DNA of 64,000 bases from Chloroflexota bacterium. Its GTDB lineage: Bacteria; Chloroflexota; UBA11872; VXNJ01. The stretch spans positions 192,001 to 256,000 of the forward strand of contig OZ253449.1 in the NCBI GenBank assembly GCA_965261345.1. The letters are read 5' to 3'. A program made the translations under genes and the position numbers. Below are positions 42,686 to 53,223 of the stretch, one piece after another (position 1 is the first letter of the stretch; each line of letters starts with the position of its first letter). The notes under the pieces are model-generated. The model worked only from the letters and a program-made list of their open reading frames with translations. It did no database searches and was not told the origin of the DNA.

Positions 42686-43455
42686 CCGCGCCATCCGTTG
42701 CCGCCCGGCAGATAAAGCTCATGTGCAAGGAGCTGCGGCTGCCCACGATCGGGACCGAGGCGGTTGAGCGCTTCGTAGATGCCGGTCATGTCGACGCGCT
42801 CGATACCCTGCTCGAAGTCTTCTGCCAGGAGATGGACGATCGGCGCCAGCGCCGGGTGGACCGGCTGCGCAAGTCCTCCAAGCTCCCGCCGGGGAAGACC
42901 TGGGACAACTTCGATCGCCAGAACCTGCCGCCGCCGCTCAGCGCCCAGCTCCAGGACCTGCTCGAGGGTCAGTTCCTGGACGGGGCCGTCAACGTCCTGG
43001 CCTTCGGCCTGCCCGGGACCGGCAAGACCCATGCCCTGTGTGCGATCGGACACAAGCTGGTCGAGAACGGCCGATCGGTGCTGTTTGCACCCGCCTACCG
43101 GCTGGTGCAGGAACTTCTGGCGGCCAAGCGCGACCTGGAACTGCCCCGGCTGTTGCGCAAGCTCGACTACATCGACCTGATCATCATCGACGATCTGGGT
43201 TACCTGCCGCAGGGGACCGATGAGGCCGAGGTGCTGTTTACGTTGATCGCCGAGCGCTACGAGCGGCGCTCGATTGGGATCACCTCGAACCTGGTCTTTA
43301 GCGAATGGGGCAAGATCTTTCCCAACCCGATGGCCACCGCGGCGGCGGCCGACCGAATCGTCCATCACGCCGTGGTGCTTGAATTTGACGTACCCAGTTA
43401 CCGGACTGGGCTAGAGAAGGAGGAAATAATCCGGGAGAAAACTCTGCAAAAGTAA
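42682..43455 (+). CDS. istB: IS21 helper ATPase
   Basis: GLPGTGKT; IIIDDLGY; DRIVHH. Confidence 0.95.
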   Translation: MTAPSVAARQIKLMCKELRLPTIGTEAVERFVDAGHVDALDTLLEVFCQEMDDRRQRRVDRLRKSSKLPPGKTWDNFDRQNLPPPLSAQLQDLLEGQFLDGAVNVLAFGLPGTGKTHALCAIGHKLVENGRSVLFAPAYRLVQELLAAKRDLELPRLLRKLDYIDLIIIDDLGYLPQGTDEAEVLFTLIAERYERRSIGITSNLVFSEWGKIFPNPMATAAAADRIVHHAVVLEFDVPSYRTGLEKEEIIREKTLQK

Positions 43456-44629
43456 CTGACGTTCCCTGCAGAAGTAACCGGCGTTGTTCAACTGGATTGA
43501 GGCCAGCCGCTACCTGAACATGGCATTCCTGAAAGAGCAACGCAGAGAACTGGAGTTGATCGTTACCGCCTAAATTTCAGCGAACAATCAAGCTAAATTC
43601 GATAAGGTGACGCCAAAGCTAATTGCAGAACTTTCGGCACATAACTAGCGTCCAAACCTTGGTGGGTTCAAGATGCTTTCAGGCGTGAAGGGATGAGGCC
43701 CGCTCTCGATCAACCCACGGTCGGAGTCTTCGTCTTCGAAAAATCATGGCGTTTGTGGGATAAAGGCGATCTCGCCCGAAAGTGTTTGACCCTGGCCGCA
43801 TGCGGCGTGAATCGGTTCATGACGGAGACCTGGTTACCCGACCAAACCCTAATTGATACCGTTCACGATTACGGCATGGAATTTTGGACAAGCGTGTCAT
43901 GTTTCTCAGATCACGCAAATCCGCTCCGACCGTCGCGTTCCGAGTTGACGCCAATCACCCCGGCGGGAACCCCACGCGAGCAACAGGAGTGGTACGTCGG
44001 GCTCATTCCTACCGATGACGTCTACAACTCCTTCCTGGTGCGACGCTGTGAACACGTCGCCGCCGCATACAACGTCGACGGATTCGGACTTGACTTTATG
44101 AGATGGCCAATCCACTGGGAACTGGAATTTCGTCCGGGCCGTTCCCCTATCGACAGCTCCTTCGACCGCACATCACTGCAGAAATTTTGCCGGTTCGATC
44201 CTGGGATGCGAGATGATTTGGTTGGTGCGGAGGCAGCAGCGCACATTCTGACGGAGCGGTTGGGGAGTTGGATAGCCTTCAAATGATCAACGACAACTAT
44301 TCTGTCCGGTTCCCGTTGCCTCACCAAAAAATGTAACCGAAATTTGGGACCGTTTATTTGACTCCGATTGGCGCGATTTCACGTATGATTTCGGCGTTCT
44401 CAACTGTGGGCGGACACGAAAGATCGCCCATTGGCGGCCACGGAATTGCCCGCCCTAACGATCCTGCGGCCACGTAAAACTGCCCAAAAGCGACCACGAA
44501 GGAACCGTTAATCGACCTGATTTCTCGCTGATCTAGTAACCCGCCGGAAACCCTGACGGGCCCCCGGCGGAGGCTGCCCCGGTTTGACTTAGCTGGTTTC
44601 TCAACTCCAGCGGCAACCGGAATCGCCAT

Positions 44630-46120
44630 ATGAAATCTTCGGAGGAAGTAATGCGGATTCTCAAGGTCTACGATCGCACCCTTTCACTTAGGGCCACGGC
44701 CCAAGAATGCGGCTGCTCGCACCACACCGTGGCCAGCTACGTGCAAAAGCGCGCGCTGGGCCAATTGGGAGAACCGGTGCGCCGGCCCCGGTTATCGCTC
44801 ATCGACCCCCACCGCCCCCTTATCGACGACCTGGTGCAACAATCGCGCGGCCGGATAAGGGCCGACAAGTGCCACCAACGACTCATGAAGCTGGGTTACA
44901 CGGGCTCTGAACGCACCACCCGCCGGGCGGTGGCAAAAACCAAGCAGGCCTACAAAAAGCAAAACCGCCGGGTATTTCGGCCCTGGATAACCGAACCGGG
45001 CAAGTGGGCGCAGTGGGACTGGGCCAAGGGGCCGCCGGTAAACAGGGAGGCGAGCAACCTCTTCTGCGTCTGGCTGTCCTGGTCAAGGTACCGGGTGGTA
45101 CTGCCGACCCGGGACCGCCGACTGGAGACCCTGATCGGCTGCCTCGCCGAGGCCCAGTCCTGGTTCGGCGGCGTGCCCTCCAACTGGCTCACCGACAACG
45201 AGAAGACCGTCTCCAAAGAATTCGTGGCCAGCATCGCCGTCAGACACCCGCTGATGGTCAAGTTCGGGCGCTTCCACGGCTGCGCGATCGCCACCTGCCA
45301 GATAGCGGATCCGGCCACGAAGGGCGGTTCCGAGGCGACCGTGAAAATCGCCAAGGCCGATCTTGTCCCCACCGATCACAACCTGTTGCCGGAGTACTCG
45401 TCCTGGAACGAGCTGGCCGACGCCTGCGATGAATTCATGCGGCGCGTTAACACCCGTGAGCACTCGATCACCAAACGCCCCCCGATGGAAATGCTCGCAA
45501 TCGAACGTGATTCCCTGCACCCTCTGCCCAACCGCGTCTTCAGCGTCGCCCTGGGCAAGACCCGCACCGTCTCCGACACCTCCCTGGTGGCCTGGCGATC
45601 GGCCTGGTACTCGGTGCCGCACATCTATAGCGAGGAGATCGTCTGGGTGCGCGAACGCGGCGCTATGGTGATCGTGAGCGCCGAGACCGATCACGGCGTC
45701 ATCGAGGTGGCCCGACACCGGAAGGTCGGCCGCGGGCAGCGGGTAGTTGTCGATAGCCATTATCCGAAGACTCCGTCGGGACCGCTGGCACGCCGGCCAA
45801 GGCCGCGCAACCAGGTAGAGAAGGAGTTCCTGGCCATCGGCCCCGGCGCGGCGGTATGGCTCAGGGCCGCCTGCGCGGCCGGTGCCGCCCGGCTGAAGGA
45901 GAAGCTCGAGGAGATAGTCGAACTCTCGCGCCTTGACGGCTGTGAGGCAATCGATGCCGCCCTGGGGGTGGCGTCGGAGGTGGGGCGCTTCGGCTTCGGC
46001 GACATCGCCTCCATCGCCGCCGCCTCGAGCGGACCGCTGTACCAGGCGTCCGAGGACTCGTTCCTGCAGGACGGCACCGGCCGCTGGCAGGACTTCGGCG
46101 CAACCGGAGGCGACCGATGA
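44630..46120 (+). CDS. istA: IS21 transposase
   Basis: Identical to 30025..31515 except one Ala-to-Thr change. Confidence 0.95.
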   Translation: MKSSEEVMRILKVYDRTLSLRATAQECGCSHHTVASYVQKRALGQLGEPVRRPRLSLIDPHRPLIDDLVQQSRGRIRADKCHQRLMKLGYTGSERTTRRAVAKTKQAYKKQNRRVFRPWITEPGKWAQWDWAKGPPVNREASNLFCVWLSWSRYRVVLPTRDRRLETLIGCLAEAQSWFGGVPSNWLTDNEKTVSKEFVASIAVRHPLMVKFGRFHGCAIATCQIADPATKGGSEATVKIAKADLVPTDHNLLPEYSSWNELADACDEFMRRVNTREHSITKRPPMEMLAIERDSLHPLPNRVFSVALGKTRTVSDTSLVAWRSAWYSVPHIYSEEIVWVRERGAMVIVSAETDHGVIEVARHRKVGRGQRVVVDSHYPKTPSGPLARRPRPRNQVEKEFLAIGPGAAVWLRAACAAGAARLKEKLEEIVELSRLDGCEAIDAALGVASEVGRFGFGDIASIAAASSGPLYQASEDSFLQDGTGRWQDFGATGGDR

Positions 46121-46884
46121 GGCCCCCACAGGTAATCGACGAGGTGGTGGGCCAGCTGCGCACCCTGCGCCTGCCGCACATGCGAAAGGCCGCCCCGGAG
46201 CTGCTTAGGACCGCAAAGTCGCAGCGCTGGGATCCGGCCGAGGCGCTGAAGGCGCTCCTGGACGAGGAGATCGCCGGGAGGGCGGCCTCGTCGCGGGAGC
46301 TGCGCCGCAAGGCGGCCGGGTTTCCCTCAGGGAAGACGCTTGACAGCTGGGACGGCGAGCTCTCCTCGATCCCCGAACCCACCCGGCGATCGCTTATGAC
46401 CCTGGAATGGATAGAACGCAAAGAGAACGTGGTCCTATACGGTCCGTCCGGTACCGGCAAGTCCCATTTCCTGGAGGCTCTCGGCCAACTGGCGGTAGAG
46501 CGCGGCTACCGGGTGTCCTGGTTCGCGCTGGAAGAGCTGGGACAGCTGGTCAAGCGCCACCGGGTCGATGACTCGGTCGGCAGGGCGGTAAGAAAGCTTT
46601 TGAAGGCGGACCTGATCGTCATCGACGACATCGGGCTGCTGCCGGTAGGCCAGGAGACCGCCGAGGCGTTCTTCCGGGTAGTTGACGCCGCCTACGAACG
46701 GCGCTCGGTGGCCGTCTCCTCGAACTTGCATCCATCGGGCTTTGACGAGATCCTGCCCAAATCACTGGCCAATGCGACCGTGGACAGACTACTCCACCAC
46801 GCCCATGCCCACCCGACCTCGGGTGAGAGCATTCGCTTAACCCAGGCGATGGCCGGGCAAGGAGTGGCGCCGCTGACCGGATAA
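46117..46884 (+). CDS. istB: IS21 helper ATPase
   Basis: Protein identical to 31512..32279. Confidence 0.95.
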   Translation: MRPPQVIDEVVGQLRTLRLPHMRKAAPELLRTAKSQRWDPAEALKALLDEEIAGRAASSRELRRKAAGFPSGKTLDSWDGELSSIPEPTRRSLMTLEWIERKENVVLYGPSGTGKSHFLEALGQLAVERGYRVSWFALEELGQLVKRHRVDDSVGRAVRKLLKADLIVIDDIGLLPVGQETAEAFFRVVDAAYERRSVAVSSNLHPSGFDEILPKSLANATVDRLLHHAHAHPTSGESIRLTQAMAGQGVAPLTG

Positions 46885-48999
46885 CCCTTGCCCGAAGTGA
46901 TGAAATGCTCGTCGCGGTAACGATTGCAGCGGCCCCGTCCAATACCGGATCCGGGCCGCTGCCGTGCATGCGGGCAAATTGGACGGTCTGCGCCACGGCA
47001 GGCCGCCTCAACCTGCCCGCCCGGAAATCGAATGCGGGAAAAGCGCCCCCGCCGCTGCGGGCCGATTGACGCCATGCGGCCCCCAATTCAGTCGATATAG
47101 ACAACATCTGCAAAAAGCATGGCCGCCAGGAGGCCCATACAGCGGTTCTGACGGGCGGTTGTGACCCCGGACCCTTGGCGCAAACCGGTTTGTGGCGGGC
47201 AGCTTTGGCCAAAATCGGGGTAGGAACAACTGACGCCGCCGCCGGAGAGGAGGTGTTCGGATCAGCCTGCGGCAGGGCGTCCAATTAGAGAAATCAGGCC
47301 GGTCGCGGCGCCTTCAACAAACTGCCCACGCATGGGCAGTTTGTTGGCCACCTATGTGCAGAGATACATGTCCGCCGGCGGGCACTTCTCAATGTCCGCG
47401 AACACTCAACCGCACCATCAGCACCGTTTACCACTCCGTATACAAGCTCTTTGGCCATCACCGACCGCCATTGCTTGAGCCTTCGCTGCAACGTCCGCAG
47501 CTGCTTGGGCCCGACGGCGTCGGGGTGATCACGCATGAGCACTTTCAGGATCTGCATGCCGCTGGCGTCGGGATGATCCTGCAGGTAGGTAAGCGCCGCG
47601 GGCCAGACGTGCTCTAGGGGGTCGGGGCAAGTCCGCCACCACCTGCGGCGCTTTCGTTTTGGACGGCGGGTCGGATTTGCATCGCCCTCGCGCCACAGAT
47701 GAGAGAGCTTGGCTAAGGAACTGCGACAGATCATCCTTTTGCACCTTGCTTCTTTCCTCGGGCGATGCCAATGTGGCCAGGGCCGACTGGGCCTGGCGGA
47801 TCTCGCTAAGGAGGAAGAGCGGATCCAGTTTGGAGCGGGATGCGCGCAACCGCTCCTTGACCTTTTCGGCAACGGCGGGGTGATCGAGCAGGCGCTGGCA
47901 GGGAGTTAGCGGACGGTCGTAGCGCTTTTGGGTTCTGGCTCCATAGCGCTGCTTGGAGATCAGTTTGAAAGACGGTTGGAAGAAATTGGTGTAGAGACCG
48001 ACTAAGGCAAAGAGTCGGGCCAGGGTCTGTCCGGCGATGAAGCCGGCAAAGCGTTCGTAACCGGCGAAGCGGCGTATTACGGCGCCGTTCTTCTGTTCGA
48101 TGTAGGCCTGATCGTTGGAGCGGTAGGCGCGTGAGCGGGTGAACTCGATTTCACGCTGCTGGCAGTAGTCAATCAGGGTCTGGGAGATAAAGGCGCTGTC
48201 GTTGTCAGTATCGATTCCAAGTATTGGCACCGGTACCCGCCCGGCTATCACCTCAAGCGCCTCGGTCACCAGCGTCTGCTCGCGGGCCAGCAGTGGAACC
48301 GCCTCCACCCAGCCCGAGGAAACATCGGTAACCGACAGGGACTGGATGAAGCTCCCGGCCATGTTGCCACCACAGTGGGCCACCAGATCTATTTCCAGGT
48401 AGCCGGGGTCGGGGCCATGCCAATCGGCAAACGTCCGGATCGGGACCTTGGCGTGATGACGGTTGCGGCGGCGGGGGTGACGCCGTCGACTGCTGCCGGC
48501 GGTCTTGCGGACTGGTTTGAGGAGGCGATCGATCGATGCCGGGCTGATCGCGAAGAGCTTGCTTTTAAGGTCCAGATCAAGCTGCAGGTGGCCATGCCCT
48601 TCCAGCGATTCGATCAGGCTGGGCAATATCGCTTGCAACCGTTTGCCGCAGATCCGATCGGCCGCTTCCCAGAGGATGATCAAAGACTCCCTGACGGCCT
48701 CGTCGTAGATGCGGTATGAGGACTTGGTGGGCGGTGCCGGAGCAGGGCTTGCAGCATTGCCCAGCAATCGGGTTGCGTATTTGCGGTTGTGGCCAGATAG
48801 AGCCACGAACTCGTTAAGGATTCCGCCCTTGTCGATCTTGGACGCCCTCGCATAGCGGCCCCTTAAGGCCGCTAGCAGCTCCTTCCGCACCGCCCGGCTC
48901 AGCTTCTTTCCTCGCATCGGTTGCCTCCCTGTGGATTTGGGTTACAAATCTAGTGAGGCAACGGCCCTGTTTGGGTTACAAAAACAGTGAGTCAATGCG

Positions 49000-50428
49000 C
49001 ACCGCCGCGGCGGTGGCGGGAATGAGCGAACGCAGCGGCCGCCGCTGGCGCAAAGGCGAGCTACCGTCGGATAAGAAAAAGCACCGGCGCCGCTGGCGCA
49101 CCCGTCCAGATCCCTTCAAGGGAGTCTGGGAAGAGCAAATCGAACCGCTGCTGAGAGTCGACAAGGATGCCGTGCTCTCGGCCAACACCATCCTGGAGTG
49201 GCTTGACCGCCAAGACCCGGGAAGGTTTGCTGCATCGCAGCTTAGGACCCTGCAACGCCGGATGCGCGACTGGCGGGCCTTAAACGGTCCCGACAAAGAG
49301 GTCTACTTCCCTTAAGGTTCCCCCGGGAAGGGAAGCGCAGCTGGACTTTACCAACGCCGGCAAGCTGGCGGTCACCATTACCGGCCAGGACTTCCCCCAT
49401 CTCCTGCTGAAAGTTCGTACTCTCCTTCTCTGGCTGGCGCTACGTTGAGATCGCTGATAGTGAGACCTTCTTAGCGCTAAAGCAGGGACTGCAGGGAGCG
49501 CTCTGGGAATTGGGCGGCTGCCCGCAGATCATCCGCTCCGACAACCTCTCGGCCGCCACCTACGAACTGCGAACTAGCGGCGGCAGGGACCTGAACCGGT
49601 CCTACCGTCAGTTGCTAGATCACTACGGACTGGGATCGACCCGCACCAATCGGGCAGCAGCGCACGAGAACGGGGTGGTCGAGCAGGCCCACCGCCGCAT
49701 CAAGGACGCCATTGCCCAGGAACTGATCCTGCGCGGCAGCTGCGACTTTACATCGCGCGAGGACTACTACGAATTTGTCAGGGAGGTTGTCGCGCGCAAG
49801 AACCGGCTGGCGGAGCCGAAGTCAGAGATTGAGCGCCCGCACCTCCGACCACTGCCGGCGGCGGCGATTCCCGATTACGTAAATTACCAGGCTCAGGTGC
49901 GCAAATGGAGCACGATCCGAGTGTTAAGCCGCACCTACACGGTACCACCGCGCCTGATCGGACAGAAGGTGGAGGTCCGTCTCTACGCCGACCACCTGGA
50001 CGTGTACTACAAGAGCCGATTGGTCGAGCGCCTAGAGCGCGCCACCGGTCCCCAAAGGGCCCGCGTCAATTACCGCCACGTGATCGGATCGCTGGTGCTT
50101 GGAGCCGGGCGCCTTTACCCGCTACCGCTGATGCGAACAGCTTTTTCCCACCCCTACCTTCCGCCGCGCCTACGATGCGCTACAGGGGTGGCGCAGCCGG
50201 CACTCGGCCGACGTCAACTACCTGCGCATCCTGCAATTGGCGGCCACTACCATGGAGGCCGATGTCGATAAGGCCCTGTCCAAACTCTTGGACCAGGGGA
50301 AGCGCTTTGACTGTCAGGACGTGCGTGATCTGGTCGCGCCGCGCTCGCCGTCGATACCCGAGCTAGCATCCTTGGCCACACCCGACCTGGCTGTCTACGA
50401 TCGCCTGCTCTTGCGGGTGAACCGATGA
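49000..50428 (+). pseudogene. istA: IS21-B transposase, 5'-truncated and frameshifted
   Basis: Pieces in ORFs 48953..49315, 49510..50271 and 50237..50428 are collinear with istA at 41195. Confidence 0.88.
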
Positions 50429-51183
50429 CCGCGCCGTCAGTTGTCGCCAAACAAATGCAGCTAATGTGCAAGGATCTGCGGCTGCCCACGATCGGGACCG
50501 AGGCGGTAGAGCGCTTCGTTGACGCCGGACATGTTGATGCGCTGCCCACCCTGCTCGAAGTCTTCCGGCAGGAAATGGACGATCGGCGCCAGCGAAGGGT
50601 GGATAGGCTGCGCAAGTCCTCGCGCCTCCCGCCGGGGAAGACCTGGGATAACTTCGAGCAGCAGAAACTGCCGCCGCCGCTCAGGGCCCAACTGCAGGAC
50701 CTGCTTGAGGGCCAGTTCTTAGATCGTGCCGTCAACGTCCTGGCCTTTGGTCTGCCCGGCACCGCCAAGACCCATGCTCTGTGCGCGATCGGACACAAGC
50801 TGGTCGAATCTGGTAGATCGGTGCTGTTTGCTCCGGCCTATCGGTTGGTGCAGGAACTATTGGCGGCCAAGCGCGACCTGGATCTGCCCCGACTCTTGCG
50901 CAAGCTCGACTACATCGACTTGATCATCATCGATGACCTGGGTTACCTGCCGCAGGGGACCGATGAGGCCGAGGTGCTCTTTACCCTGATCGCCGAGCGC
51001 TATGAGCGGCGCTCGATCGGGATCTCATCAAACCTGGTCTTCTCCGAATGGGGCAAGATCTTTCCCAATCCGATGGCCACCGCGGCGGCGGCGGACCGAA
51101 TCGTCCATCACGCCGTAGTACTTGAATTTGACGTGCCCAGTTACCGGACCGGGCTTGAAAAGGAGGAGTTAAAGTCGGATTGA
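50425..51183 (+). CDS. istB: IS21-B helper ATPase with altered Walker A
   Basis: Very similar to 42682..43455, but GLPGTAKT instead of GLPGTGKT. Confidence 0.9.
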   Translation: MTAPSVVAKQMQLMCKDLRLPTIGTEAVERFVDAGHVDALPTLLEVFRQEMDDRRQRRVDRLRKSSRLPPGKTWDNFEQQKLPPPLRAQLQDLLEGQFLDRAVNVLAFGLPGTAKTHALCAIGHKLVESGRSVLFAPAYRLVQELLAAKRDLDLPRLLRKLDYIDLIIIDDLGYLPQGTDEAEVLFTLIAERYERRSIGISSNLVFSEWGKIFPNPMATAAAADRIVHHAVVLEFDVPSYRTGLEKEELKSD

Positions 51184-52098
51184 AACCGGCCAAAATAATT
51201 GACGCACACCCGGCCAGAGTAATAGGCGTTCTTCACTTCAAATCCCATGCCATTTCAACACTCACTGTCCGGTTGCAAAAGGCCATTAGCGCGAAAAGGC
51301 CGCAGGTCAGAACGGGAGTCTTCGTAGTCCCGGGGAATGACTTGGAGCGCAAGCGATTCGCGGGACAAGATGTCTGCGCGCTGGGCGCGATCGTCGACGA
51401 ACTGTTTCCAATGACGTATCACCGAATCGTTGAGCAAGACCTCCACTGGATCGGAGACACGGTGCGCGTTATCCGCTCAAAGACGGCGGCGCGGGTTACA
51501 CCGGTGATACAAATTAGCGCCGACGCGGCGTTTGCCGGCGGGGCCGACTGGGGCGCATCGATGAACCCCGACGATGCTTACGCGGCCCTTGAAGCCGGAA
51601 TTTCCGGCAGTGGTGGTGGCATCATCGTATTCCCTGGCGAGGCGCTGCTACTGGGTCCTAATGGTGACGCTTTGCAGGCCGTTGTGCGCCGGGTAAGAGC
51701 CAATTCAACCGTGGGTTGAATTGGCGCAACTGGAAATCTAAGCGGTGCACCCGATTTTTAATCGGTCGACGACCGCTCATTTGTAGCTGGCCAGCTAAAG
51801 AGCTGGCAGGGTGGGTGGGATTCCAAGTTGACCACCGGCAAAACGGGGTTCTTGGTCATCAGTCGTATCGCCCGCAAGAACCTGAAGGAGCACTGGGGCA
51901 ACCATCTGGAAGCGGGCAAGCGGGCGCGCCATACGATGAAGCTGGCGAAGGTTTTCGGCCACCGCGATCGGAGAAGGATTTCGGCGCCGATTAGCAGAAC
52001 CCGTTTGGCGCAAAGTCTTGCGCTTGCCATTTCTTGGCTAACGCTCAACCGCACAGTCGAGTTCGCCCATGCCCCACCTTGGCCTCAGAACTCTGCAA

Positions 52099-52893
52099 TC
52101 AGAGCAGGGCCGCAACCGCCAGGGTTTTCCATACGCCCTGCTGCTGGCTAACCAGCAGCGCCATTTTGCAAGGTTTTTGTTCCCGGGCAATTGACAGCGC
52201 AATTAGCACGCCAGTTTCGCCCGCTGCGATCACTTCAACGCTGAACCGTTTCGGCGACGGCAAGTTAATCCAATGACCGAATTTTGCTCGCAGCTCGCCG
52301 GGATTAGCGGGCACCTCTACCAGCCCAGGTCCGGATACGATCGCGACCGGGAAATGAAAGCACGCCAGCCAATCCTCGACCCTGCCGGAGTTCATTGCCG
52401 CCATGGCCGATTCGACGGACGATGTGGCAGCTACCACGTTAGCGCTCCGACCCTTGCCCTCGACCAGACTGTCCAGGCCGAATCGAGCTTGGATGCCCCA
52501 GCCGCTTGCAAACTGGGTGCACGTGTAAAGCACCCGGTTGGAGATGATCGCCGTGTCATCGGCGCGCAGACGAGTCCAACCGCCGGCCAATAACACCTGG
52601 TCATCGGCCTCGAAAACGCGGCGTGGATCATCGCCTTGAGTGCGGACCCAACCGGTTGCCTCAAATCGCTCCCAACCCATCAGATCGGCGGTCGCGGCAT
52701 AGTCCTTCAGAGTCGGATAGAGGCGTGCAACCGTCTGCTGGCTAAAAAAGCGGCTGTTTTGGGCTGCAGCGCCGCCGGCCGAGACTCGCACGTGTGGATA
52801 TGACATCACGCCAGCCCAGCCGTCGGTATCCTTGGCGTTGAACCGGTCGAAGAAGTCCCAATAAGCAGATTCGGGAGATTCATGATGACCCAT
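52099..52893 (-). CDS. Hypothetical protein, probably tandem NTF2/SnoaL-like domains
   Basis: Two similar halves (FFDRFNAKD..GWAGVMSYPHV and MAAMNSGR...WLACFHFPVA). Confidence 0.6.
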   Translation of the reverse strand: MGHHESPESAYWDFFDRFNAKDTDGWAGVMSYPHVRVSAGGAAAQNSRFFSQQTVARLYPTLKDYAATADLMGWERFEATGWVRTQGDDPRRVFEADDQVLLAGGWTRLRADDTAIISNRVLYTCTQFASGWGIQARFGLDSLVEGKGRSANVVAATSSVESAMAAMNSGRVEDWLACFHFPVAIVSGPGLVEVPANPGELRAKFGHWINLPSPKRFSVEVIAAGETGVLIALSIAREQKPCKMALLVSQQQGVWKTLAVAALL

Positions 52894-53001
52894 GCTCAAT
52901 CCTCCCGGCAACATCGCCGAGGTAGCTGCGCCGAGTTGGGAAAGTGCTCCAGGATTTCCATCCAGACGGTCAGCAAATCTCGGGGGTTCGCGATTTTTTG
53001 T

Positions 53002-53223
53002 TCACCCAAGCCAACGGTGGCCGCTATTTCTTCGCGATCGATGGATCCAATATAAATCCAGGGCAACGATGGCCGCAGATATTACCCACATTAAGGTTCC
53101 AAGTTGCGGGTCCACCTGCAGCCCCAAGAACAATCCAACGTAAAAGACCACGATCGCCAGCAGGAATAGCAATATTTGACCGATGATCCTGGCCCACTGG
53201 GCAAATGGCCGAGTCCCCTTCAT
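53002..53223 (-). CDS. Small two-TM membrane protein
   Basis: Two hydrophobic helices with basic flanks; RBS-like aagga upstream. Confidence 0.55.
   Translation of the reverse strand: MKGTRPFAQWARIIGQILLFLLAIVVFYVGLFLGLQVDPQLGTLMWVISAAIVALDLYWIHRSRRNSGHRWLG

Larger units (their letters stand above)
41099..43490 (+). mobile_element. IS21-family element C
   Basis: TG...CA ends with tandem agttacttttgcag repeats at both ends; 5-bp TSD ACTGG (41094-41098 and 43491-43495). Confidence 0.93.
39973..43573 (+). pseudogene. IS256 transposase, multiple frameshifts and split by IS21-C
   Basis: GTG start after ggagg; LDARYEKVR, QRCYVHF, STNMLER; C-terminus resumes at 43496 (IEASRYLNM...TA*). Confidence 0.88.
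39863..43646 (+). mobile_element. IS256-family element (copy 2, different lineage), interrupted by IS21-C
   Basis: IRs ggttgtgtcccaatagttatgcaa / ttgcagaactttcggcacataact; 8-bp TSD AGCGTCCA (39855-39862 and 43647-43654). Confidence 0.92.
44405..47404 (+). mobile_element. IS21-family element A, copy 2 (3000 bp)
   Basis: Same ends as copy 1; 6-bp TSD CTCAAC (44399-44404 and 47405-47410); only two differences from copy 1 noticed. Confidence 0.95.
44354..48917 (-). pseudogene. ISNCY-like DDE transposase, frameshifted and interrupted by IS21-A copy 2
   Basis: EIDLVAHCG, DTDND, NDQAYIEQKN motifs; frameshift near 47716; C-terminus GAVE|NAEIIREIAPIGVK* restored across the IS21-A TSD. Confidence 0.85.
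44313..48999 (-). mobile_element. rve-integrase-type (ISNCY-like) element
   Basis: Inverted end repeats cgttgcctcac-N7-tgtaacc (44314-44338) versus ggttaca-N6-gtgaggcaacg (48940-48963) and ggttaca-N6-gtgagtcaatgcg (48974-48999). Confidence 0.75.
44284..51235 (+). mobile_element. IS21-family element B (degenerate; contains two nested elements)
   Basis: Ends TGATCAACGACAACTATTCTGTCCGG / CCGGCCAGAGTAATAGGCGTTCTTCA; 7-bp TSD CTTCAAA (44277-44283 and 51236-51242). Confidence 0.9.
43693..51719 (+). pseudogene. Glycoside-hydrolase-like TIM-barrel protein (GHL10/DUF187-like), split by nested IS
   Basis: 43693..44283 joined to 51243..51719 gives an open 355-aa frame (...WIAFK|SHAIS...); DGFGLDFMRWP, GQD and PMTYH motifs. 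Confidence 0.75.

Noticed and set aside
29800-47404. Composite transposon bounded by the two IS21-A copies
   Set aside because: Each copy has its own distinct TSD, so they are independent insertions
51790-52030. Possible group II intron maturase remnant
   Set aside because: Only a vague resemblance; no YADD motif or domain V
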